In this document: piece by piece, positions 52,111-61,250 of the stretch
How positions within the stretch are numbered: the first letter of the stretch is position 1
How the letters are laid out: every line of letters starts with the position of its first letter
Source: Stegostoma tigrinum
Taxonomy: Eukaryota
Length of the DNA: 64,000 bases
NCBI RefSeq assembly: GCF_030684315.1
Contig: NC_081373.1
Span: 40,277,989 to 40,341,988 of the forward strand
Direction: 5' to 3'
Translations under genes and position numbers: made by a program
The notes under the pieces: generated by a model
Seen by the model: the letters and a program-made list of their open reading frames with translations, nothing else
Database searches by the model: none
Told to the model about the DNA's origin: nothing

Positions 52111-52346
52111 GGGGTGACATGGTGGCTCAAATGCTGTATCACTGCACCAGGGACCCGTGTTCAATTCCACCCTCAGTGACCGCCTGTCTTGAGTTTGCAC
52201 ATTCTCCCTGTGTCTGTATGGGTTTCCTGTCAGACTCCAAAGATGTGCAGGTTAGGTGGATTGGCCACGCTGACTTGCCCATAGTATCCAGGGATATACA
52301 GGCTAGGTCGATTTAGCCATAGGAAATGCAACGGATAGCGTACGAG
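52111..52346 (+). mobile_element. HE1-like SINE 5' part (3' part resumes at 57391-57478 after the PLE)
   Basis: Head GGTGGCTCA...GTGTTCAATTCC and body GAGTTTGCACATTCTCCCTGTGTCTG...CCAAAGATGTGCAGGTTAGGTGGATTGGCC. Continues GGTGTGTTTGAGTAGGATGC...TTCCACACTGTA after the second TSD. Confidence 0.8.
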
Positions 52347-52442
52347 TGATAATGGGAACTGCAGATGCTGGAGAATCCAAGATAATAAAATGTGAGGCTG
52401 AATGAACACAGCAGGCCCAGCAGCATCTCAGGAGCACAAAAG

Positions 52443-52474
52443 CTGACGTTTCGGGCCTAGACCCTTCATCAGAG
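52443..52474 (-). ncRNA. Hammerhead ribozyme motif in the inverted arm of the full-length PLE
   Basis: Reverse complement reads ctCTGATGAaGGGtctaggCCCGAAAcGTCag, identical to 57295-57326. Confidence 0.78.
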
Positions 52475-53725
52475 AGGGGGATGGGGTGAGGGTTCTGGAA
52501 TAAATAGGGAGAGAGGGGGAGGCGGACCGAAGATGGAGAGAAAAGAGGATAGGTGGAGAGGAGAGTATAGGTGGGGAGGTAGGGAGGGGATAGGTCAGTC
52601 CAGGGAAGACGGACAGGTCAAGGGGTGGGATGAGGTTAGTAGGTAGGAGGTGGAGGTGCGGCTTGGGGTGGGAGGAAGGGATGGGTGGGAGGAAGAACAG
52701 GTTAGGGAGGCAGAGACAGGTTGGACTGGTTTTGGGATGCAGTGGGTGGAGGGGAAGAGCTGGGCTGGTTGTGTGGTGCAGTGGGGGGAGGGAACGAACT
52801 GGGCTGGTTTTGGGATGCGGTGGGGGAGGGGGAGATTTTGAAGCTGGTGAAGTCCACATTGATACCATTGGGCTGCAGGTTTCCCAAACGGAATATGAGT
52901 TGCTGTTCCTGCAACCTTCGGGTGGCATCATTGTGGCACTGCAGGAGGCCCATGATGGACATGTCATCTAAAGAATGGGAGGGGGTGTGGAAATGGTTTG
53001 CGACTGGGAGGTGCAGTTGTTTATTGCGAACCAAGCGGAGGTATTCTACAAAGCGGTCCCCAAGCCTCCGCTTGGTTTCCCCAATGTAGAGGAAGCCACA
53101 CCGGGTACAGTGGATGCAGTATACCACATTGGCAGATGTGCAGGTGAACCCCTGCTTAATGTGGAAAGTCATCTTGGGGCCTGGGATAGGGGTGAGGGAG
53201 GAGGTGTGGGGGCAAGTGTAGCATTTCCTGCAGTTGCAGGGGAAGGTGCCGGGTGTGGTGGGGTTGGAGGGCAGTGTGGAGCGAACAAGGGAGTCACGGA
53301 GAGAGTGGTCTCTCCGCAAAGCAGACAGGGGTGGGGATGGAAAATGTCTTGGGTGGTGGGGTCGGATTGTAGACGGTGGAAGTGTCGGAGGATGCCCAGT
53401 TCGTCCGCTCCCCCCACTGCACCACACAACCAGCCCAGCTCTTCCCCTCCACCCACTGCATCCCAAAACCAGTTCAACCTGTCACTGCCTCCCTAACCTG
53501 TTCTTCCTCTCACCCATCCCTTCCTCCCACCCCAAGCCGCGCCTCCATCTCCTACTTACTAACCTCATCCCACCTCCTTGACCTGTCCCTCTTCCCTGGA
53601 CTGACCTATCCCCTCCCTACCTCCCCACCTATACTCTCCTCTCCACCTATCTTCTTTTCTCTCCATCTTCGGTCCGCCTCCCCCTCACTCCCTATTTATT
53701 CCAGAACCCTCACCCCATCCCCCTC

Positions 53726-53757
53726 TCTGATGAAGGGTCTAGGCCGAAAATGTCAAC
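53726..53757 (+). ncRNA. Mutated hammerhead motif in the 5' pseudo-LTR
   Basis: ctCTGATGAagggtctaggccGAAAatGTCaa: same motif with changes in stem II and helix III. Confidence 0.6.
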
Positions 53758-54198
53758 TTTTGTGCTCCTGAGATGCTGCTGGGCCTGCTGTGTTCATCTA
53801 GCCTCACATTTTATTATCTTGGATTCTCCAGCATCTGCAGTTCCCATTATCACTGATACAATTTTAACCTCACTGCGAAGCCTCTTCCAGGGATGCCTAA
53901 CCTGAAGAAGTTACCCTCCTCCCTCCGGACCAACCTCAAGGAATCTCTCTCCCATTGCAACTCCCTTGTAATCTCTTCGGCCTTGAAACTGCTCGACCAT
54001 GTCCTGAAGTAAACCAGGTACCACTGCCACATCACCTTCCTCAGCACCTGCCTACGGAACCAGATCAACCCCAATGGACTACAGTCTACATTTCAGCCTT
54101 CCCAATTTGACCCCAACCATGACCACCTCTACACCCAGAATATTCAGACCCTTCAGAAGCGTTTCTCCCTCTGAATCCTGAAACAGACACTCGCAGCC

Positions 54199-57066
54199 AT
54201 GCGCCGGCACCTCCACACACTGCAATCCAGCCTGCCCCAGCTCAGAGCCTCCCTCTCCCAGACCTACAAAGGACCTCTGCTGTTTTTTATCCTCCGCAGG
54301 ATCCACAGACTGAACACTCAGTTTCACTCAGCTTTACTGGACACCAAAAATCGTAAGTACAACAAACTCACGGGCCCCTGCCACCCACAAGAGGATTCCT
54401 GTGCATCCCAAATCCCGAGTCTGTCCCTGCCCCTCCCCCACCATGCACCTGCCGCCATTGACTATGAGGACACAGCCGGGGACCCCATCGATGACGTCAC
54501 ATCCGCCTCCGCCAACCACACCACTTCCGGGACCGCTGCTGCAGTCACCACCTCCACGTCCAGGTACTACAGCCCACACACCACCCTCACCTCAGCTGCT
54601 GCCGCCCACCCCGATCCTCCCACCGCCGACGGAACCCCGCCCACGGTCGACGCCGACGGAACCCCACCCACGGCCGACGACCTCATCGCTCCGCCCACAA
54701 CCTCCACAGTCAGCAACCCCACAGAAGACAGCCACACTGAACCCTGCCACATCTTCACCATCCCCCCAGACCTCCCACTGACTGAGGACGAACGGTCAGT
54801 CCTTAGTAAGGGGCTCACCTTTGTCCCCCTACAACCACACATTAACGAATACCAGTCACGGTCGGACATAGAACAGTTTTTCCGCCGCCTTCGCCTCCAT
54901 GCCTACTTCTTCAACCGGGAACCTAACCCTCCCTCCACTGACCCCTTCACCCGCTTCCAACACAAGTCCTCCTCCTGGACACCACCCCCAGGCCTCCTAC
55001 CTTCCCTCGACCTCTTCATCTCTAACTGCCATCGAGACATTAACTGCCTCAACCTCTCCACCCGACTCACCCACTCCAACCTCTCCCCCGCAGAATGGGC
55101 AGCCCTCCGCTCCCTCTGCTCCAAACCCAACCTCACCATCAAACCCGCAGACAAGGGTGGCGCAGTGGTAGTATGGCGCACTGACCTCTACATCGCCGAG
55201 GCCAGATGCCAACTCTCCGACACCACCTCCTACCGCCCCCTCGATCATGACCCCACACCCGAGCACCAAACCATCATCTCCAACACCATTCATGATCTCA
55301 TCACCTCAGGGGACCTCCCACCCACAGCCTCCAACCTCATTGTTCCCCAACCCCACACGGCCCATTTCTATCTCCTTCCCAAAATCCACAAACCTGCCTG
55401 CCCTGGTCGACCCATCGTCTCAGCCTGCTCCTGCCCCACCGAACTCATCTCCACCTATCTGGACTCCATTTTCTCCCCTTTGGTCCAGGAACTCCCCACC
55501 TACATCCGTGACACCACCCACGCCCTCCACCTCCTCCAGGACTTCCAATTCCCTGGCCCCCAACACCTCATTTTCACCATGGACGCCCAGTCCCTATACA
55601 CCTGCATTCCGCATGCAGATGGCCTCAAGGCCCTCCGCTTCTTCCTGTCCCGCAGGCCCGACCAGTCCCCCTCCACCGACACTCTCATCCGCCTAGCCGA
55701 CCTCGTCCTCACCTTCAGCAACTTCTCTTTCGATTCCTCCCACTTCCTACAGACTAAGGGGGTGGCCATGGGCACCTGCATGGGCCACAGCTATGCCTAC
55801 CTCTTTGTAGGTTACGTGGAACAGTCCCTCTTCTGCACCTACACAGGCCCCAAACCCCACCTCTTCCTCCATTACATTGATGACTGTACCGGCGCCGCCT
55901 CTTGCTCCCCAGAGGAACTCGAACAGTTCATCCACTTCACCAACACCTTTCACCCCAACCTTCAGTTCACCTGGGCCATCTCCAGCACATCCCTCACCTT
56001 CCTGGATCTCTCGATCTCCATCTCAGGCAACCAGCTTGTAACTGATGTCCATTTCAAGCCCACCGACTCCCACAGCTACCTAGAATACACCTCCTCCCAC
56101 CCACCCTCCTGCAAAAATTCCATTCCCTATTCCCAATTCCTCTGCCTCCGCCACATCTGCTCCCAGGATGAGGCATTCCACTCCCACACATCCCAGATGT
56201 CCAAGTTCTTCGGGGACCGCAACTTCCCCCCCGTAGTGGTCGAGAACGGCCTTGACCGCGTCTCCCGCATTTCCCGCAACACATCCCTCACACCCCGCCC
56301 CCGCCACAACCACCCCAAGAGGATCCCCCTAGTTCTCACACACCACCCCACCAACCTCCGGATACAACGCATCATCCTCCGACACTTCCGCCGTCTACAA
56401 TCCGACCCCACCACCCAAGACATTTTTCCATCCCCACCCCTGTCTGCTTTCCGGAGAGACCACTCTCGCTGTGACTCCCTTGTTCGCTCCACACTGCCCT
56501 CCAACCCCACCACACCTGGCACCTTCCCCTGCAACCGCAGGAAATGCGACACTTGCCCCCACACCTCCTCCCTCACCCCTATCCCAGGCCCCAAGATGAC
56601 TTTCCACATTAAGCAGAGGTTCACCTGCACATCTGCCAATGTGGTATACTGCATCCATTGTACCCGGAGTGGCTTCCTCTACATTGGGGAAACCAAGCGG
56701 AGGCTTGGGGACCGCTTTGCAGAACACCTCCGCTCGGTTCGCAATAAACAACTGCACCTCCCAGTCGCAAACCATTTCCACTCCCCCTCCCATTCTTTAG
56801 ATGACATGTCCATCATGGGCCTACTGCAGTGCCACAATGATGCCACCCGAAGGTTGCAGGAACAGCAACTCATATTCCGCTTGGGAACCCTGCAGCCCAA
56901 TGGTATCAATGTGGACTTCACCAGCTTCAAAATCTCCCCCTCCCCCACCGCATCCCAAAACCAGCCCCGTTCCTCCCCTCCCTCCACTGCACCACACAAC
57001 CAGCCCAGCTCTTCCCCTCCACCCACTGCATCCCAAAACCAGTCCAACCTGTCTCTGCCTCCCTAA
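54199..57066 (+). CDS. PLE reverse transcriptase / GIY-YIG endonuclease (955 aa open frame; the ancestral start is probably ATG 53893)
   Basis: PLE RT motifs IKPADKGGAVVVW, YLLPKIHK..PGRPIVS, TMDAQSLYT, KGVAMG..MG.SYA, HYIDD, FLDL. Cys linker CNRRKCDTC. GIY-YIG NVVYCIHC...LYIGETKRRLGDRFAEH. Confidence 0.95.
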   Translation: MRRHLHTLQSSLPQLRASLSQTYKGPLLFFILRRIHRLNTQFHSALLDTKNRKYNKLTGPCHPQEDSCASQIPSLSLPLPHHAPAAIDYEDTAGDPIDDVTSASANHTTSGTAAAVTTSTSRYYSPHTTLTSAAAAHPDPPTADGTPPTVDADGTPPTADDLIAPPTTSTVSNPTEDSHTEPCHIFTIPPDLPLTEDERSVLSKGLTFVPLQPHINEYQSRSDIEQFFRRLRLHAYFFNREPNPPSTDPFTRFQHKSSSWTPPPGLLPSLDLFISNCHRDINCLNLSTRLTHSNLSPAEWAALRSLCSKPNLTIKPADKGGAVVVWRTDLYIAEARCQLSDTTSYRPLDHDPTPEHQTIISNTIHDLITSGDLPPTASNLIVPQPHTAHFYLLPKIHKPACPGRPIVSACSCPTELISTYLDSIFSPLVQELPTYIRDTTHALHLLQDFQFPGPQHLIFTMDAQSLYTCIPHADGLKALRFFLSRRPDQSPSTDTLIRLADLVLTFSNFSFDSSHFLQTKGVAMGTCMGHSYAYLFVGYVEQSLFCTYTGPKPHLFLHYIDDCTGAASCSPEELEQFIHFTNTFHPNLQFTWAISSTSLTFLDLSISISGNQLVTDVHFKPTDSHSYLEYTSSHPPSCKNSIPYSQFLCLRHICSQDEAFHSHTSQMSKFFGDRNFPPVVVENGLDRVSRISRNTSLTPRPRHNHPKRIPLVLTHHPTNLRIQRIILRHFRRLQSDPTTQDIFPSPPLSAFRRDHSRCDSLVRSTLPSNPTTPGTFPCNRRKCDTCPHTSSLTPIPGPKMTFHIKQRFTCTSANVVYCIHCTRSGFLYIGETKRRLGDRFAEHLRSVRNKQLHLPVANHFHSPSHSLDDMSIMGLLQCHNDATRRLQEQQLIFRLGTLQPNGINVDFTSFKISPSPTASQNQPRSSPPSTAPHNQPSSSPPPTASQNQSNLSLPP

Positions 57067-57294
57067 CCTGTTCTTCCTCTCACCCATCCCTTCCTCCCAC
57101 CCCAAGCCGCGCCTCCATCTCCTACCTACTAACCTCATCCCACCTCCTTGACCTGTCCGTCTTCCCTGGACTGACCTATCCCCTCCCTACTTCCCCACCT
57201 ATACTCTCCTCTCCACCTATCTTCTTTTCTCTCCATCTTCGGTCCGCGTCCCCCTCTCTCCGTATTTATTCCAGAACCCTCACCCCATCCCCCT

Positions 57295-57326
57295 CTCTGA
57301 TGAAGGGTCTAGGCCCGAAACGTCAG
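57295..57326 (+). ncRNA. Minimal type I hammerhead ribozyme motif in the 3' pseudo-LTR
   Basis: ct-CTGATGA-a-GGGtctaggCCC-GAAA-c-GTC-ag: HHR core boxes CUGANGA and GAAA, stem II, GUC triplet, short palindromic ACGT at helix III. Minimal HHRs are established in PLE pLTRs. Confidence 0.8.
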
Positions 57327-60300
57327 CTTTTGTGCTCCTGAGATGCTGCTGGGCCTGCTGTGTTCATCCAGCCTCACATTTTATTATCTTGGATAGCGTA
57401 CGAGGGTGTGTTTGAGTAGGATGCTATTTGGATGGTTTGTGTGGACCTCATGGGGTGAATTGCCAGCTTCCACACTGTACTTTTTCAAGACTTTAGTCTT
57501 GTAATTTAGTATGTGTGTCACACTTTGAAGGTGCTCTTTCTGAATTGGTTGAATAGCTAGAATATTGAGTTCATTGTTCGTGAAGTAATCCTTCCCCAAC
57601 TTGTCCTTTGATTTTCACAATGGATCCATCACTTTCTTTCTATTTTCATATCAAAATGATCCAACTCTTTCATATGACATAGATATCTCAATTAGGATAT
57701 ACTAATAACATGATGTTATGAATTGGAGTTTTTTTAGTAATATTTATAACAGAGCTTCTGTACAATTTGCCCACAAACACACTGAGAATGAACAACCTAT
57801 TTCCCTACAGATTAGTGCTTCCACGCACAAAGAGGAAATGGAACTTTTAATATTTTACTTTGAATTCAATTTTTTGGTGTTGAAATGTAATTTTCTCCAA
57901 AGATTTTAGCCTATGTGTTTTTACACTTTGAAACAACAATGGTTGAACGTGTTTTTTATGATAATTGTTTCTACTGAATCTTTTATTGATACAACATTGA
58001 CAGCAACTCATGGGTCAGCCAAGCTATAAAAATGATACTATTCACCACGATAATGTTTGTTCATAGGCTGACAGTATGCTTTGTGTACCTTGTTATTCTT
58101 GCTGCCAACCTCAAAAGCAGGACCCGGTTTTTAGGCAGAAAGCAAAAAACAGTCCTGTTTACATTACTGACATTGGTTCCACTTTTAGATTTGGTCCAGG
58201 AGTTGTGCATGTCAGTCTCATCAAAGCGTAAGTGATCTACCAAGGGGAAGGTAGCCTCCTTTTAAGGTCTGATCAGAAGATTCTTGTTGAATAAACAATG
58301 TGAATTTTATTGCATTACTGCAATACTTACAGATTACATAAATAAAATCCACATTACTACAGAGACTACTAAAGAGGCGTACACTAGTCTCAGATCTGTT
58401 TTCTATATCCTCCTTGTTTAGTTTGATCTAGTCCTTGCAACATCATCACTGTGGGTGGAACTTAAGACAGTCAGTCAAGTATGGGGGAAGTTACCTAACT
58501 GTTGAACCACTCATTTTTTCGAGCGAGCTCTAGTTGTATTTGCAACAGTAGGTAGAATCATAGAATTGTTCAAGCACAGGGAAAGGTCATTCAAACTATT
58601 GTGTCCATGCTGTCTCTCCGAAAGGTCCATTCATGTAATGCCCCTCCTTTGCCCCCTTTCTCTACATTCCTCTTCTTCAGATATTTAGAATACTTAGAAA
58701 ATGTAGAAAAATTTCCAGCACAAAATGAGACCACTCTGCCCAGTTTGTCTCTGCTTTCGGCTGAGACTTCAGGGCCCAGTGCTCAGGCAGACAGCAGTAA
58801 ACAGTTCTGTTTATATCTCCGTGGAACATGTGATAAATAATGCTTAATGGAATTAAAACAGAATTACTTTGATACCACATTATAACTTTCTGGCAATTAG
58901 GTTACTAGTAGGTGAAGCAGACAAAGTTTTCCACTTTATATCCATCAAGTTTACAGCCAAAAGATTTAAAGGGGACGCTCATGTGGCTTGGCAATGAGCA
59001 AAGCTGTGATTTCAAAATTTCAGGAGTGCATTATAAATTGATCACGTTCGTCACGACCATGTTTATCTTTTCTCCATATTTTTGGTTGTGGAATGAAATT
59101 TACAAAAGGGACTAATTTACAATCAAGGATGGTGGAAGGAATTGCTGCAATTTTTAAGTACAAGTTATGGAAACTCATTGTAGGTGGTGTTTTCGTTGCT
59201 GCTTTGGTCAAGCAATGGGGGAAGTTGTCTGTAGTTGATCCAGCGCTGTGAAGTTTACATAGAGTGACTGAAGTGAGCAAGTTACTGATTTGTTGGTGTA
59301 ATTGTGATCAGTCATGGATACCAGAAAACATCAGCCTGATTACAACTCTCTGGTTCCTTGGTCACTGAATTGCTTGTGTGTTTGAGCCAAACAGTAAGAA
59401 GCCTTTGGATCTCTCCAAGTGGATGTAGCTTGTGTGCCTCACTGCAGTCAAACTGATGCCTGAAGAAAGTAAGTTATTCCACACCATTCCTGGGCCCCTA
59501 GTTGGTGTAAGTTTTTGCCTTTGACCAGCAGCTAAGAGACTCTGCAATTATCCTGTGTGAAGAAATAAAGGAACCTGGAGAAAAGAGATTGAAGAAAAGA
59601 AAGTCATGGCAAATCAATAGGATCATTTCAGCTGACCTTGTGGACAGGTGCTATAGAACTGTGCTCCCCAGTTTCTCCTTCTCTTCACACTTAAATCAAT
59701 GCCTTATTGTTTGTGTGTGCATCTAACGGGTTCAAAAAGTAGGTGAGATTTTTAAATTGTAGAGCTGCATGTTGATAATTCATAGCTCTTTACTTGTGAC
59801 TGGAATTTACACCTTTGTAATAAACAGTAGTTCTTATTAATCATGAGGGCCTGGTCAGTCTTTTCTGTTAGCTTAATTCCAACAGCTGAATCAGGGGCTT
59901 GTCAACTGATCAAATCATTAACTCTTGTTGTGACCACAGGAGTAGTAGGGCGTGAGAAACAGTGCACTGTTCCAACTGAGTCATCACACATTACCATCAG
60001 AGCCACAAGTGATATGAAGTGTGTGAGCTGCTGCACGACTGTACATGTCAGTACTGTAAAATGCAAAAAAGTTAGGAGCAGGCATTAATGGCAACCAGCC
60101 ATTTAAAGTGACCCACCAGGCATATACCTCATGGAGTTGGTGCTCCCTTTAAATAACAATTGCACTGGCTTCCTTTTGGTCAGTCTTGAAGAGAAAGGCA
60201 GATCTCAGGAATTTAAATTTAGCTAAAAGCACTACAGAGAGGCAGATATATTAATTCGCCCTTTACCATGTTCAGGCAGAATACCTAGATATCTAAAGCT

Positions 60301-60949
60301 CAGTTGTCAGAATATGCAGAGAAGATTACCACATGAGATTTAATGGCCAAATGTCCATTTTACAATGTGGGTGACTATGAGTTGAAAGCAATCTCCTCCA
60401 CCCCCACTCACATCACAACGCTGAAAGTGGATGTCAGTATTATTTGCCCCTGATTTCTTTGCATTAATATTTTATTGATTTTTCTCTCTCTTGCATAAAT
60501 TTAAAGAGTCCAAAACTATAAATCCCAAGCCTGTCAAATGTAAATATTGTCCAAATACATAGAGTGTACATAAATCTAAAGGTTGTATTAGCATTAAATG
60601 AAAGGCTTGCAGAAAATACAGCATTTTATTTAAAATAACGTTAAGCAAACAAAGCATGCCATTACCTAGCAGACAGCACCTCAATACATCCTATTTATTT
60701 ATGAGAGACTCTATCATGTATATTGAAACATTCAAAGATTAGAGGTAGAAAGGGATAGAGAGTTCTTAGAATTGGAAAAAAGTGCTTGTTACAATGGAAC
60801 CTCACATCTGTTCCAAGAGATAAGAACTACCAAATAATCCGTAAATAGACTCTCTATGTTTGTAGTACCTATTTACCCAAATAACTACTCCAATCTCTTT
60901 GTTTGCAAATCTTATGGCTGTTTTGATTTAATTTACATGTACCACCGTT

Positions 60950-61250
60950 ATCTGTGACTCAGTTGATAGCACTTCTACCTCTGAGTTGGCATATTGTGGG
61001 CTTAAATTTCATTGCAGAGATGCAGGCACAAAGTGTAGGCTGATTCCAACGAAATACTGAGGGGATGCAGCAAAATTGCAAACATTGCCTGTTGAATGAG
61101 ACATTAAACTAAGGCTCAATTTCCCTGTTAAAAGGATACAAAAATGAAATTGCATGAATTTGAATGAAGTTACTGTGTCTGGTGCCTTGATGAATGCAGC
61201 TAATATCTAAACCAGGGTATTGGCTCACTGCTGTTTAAAGGAACATTCTG
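60950..61250 (+). mobile_element. Ancient Deu-domain-like SINE remnant
   Basis: tRNA-like head GACTCAGTTGATAGCACTTCTACCTCTGAG, then TACTGAGGGG...TGCC...GAATGAGACATTAAAC.AAGG, resembling the Deu core. Highly decayed. Confidence 0.45.

Larger units (their letters stand above)
52347..57393 (+). mobile_element. Near full-length Penelope-like retroelement (Neptune-type, 'family A'): inverted 3' copy (52347-53394), direct 5' pseudo-LTR (~53395-53855), ORF, 3' pseudo-LTR
   Basis: RT+GIY-YIG ORF. 53395-53823 repeats ~56964-57393 directly. 52347-53394 is the reverse complement of ~56373-57393 plus a ~30-nt tail. 14-bp TSD GGATAGCGTACGAG at 52333-52346 and 57391-57404. Inserted in a SINE. Confidence 0.95.

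Noticed and set aside
52428-53771. Many overlapping 100-250 aa Pro- or Gly-rich ORFs
   Set aside because: Alternative-frame or antisense reads of the C-rich PLE sequence. Only 52702-53466 contains real GIY-YIG sequence, as a truncated inverted copy.
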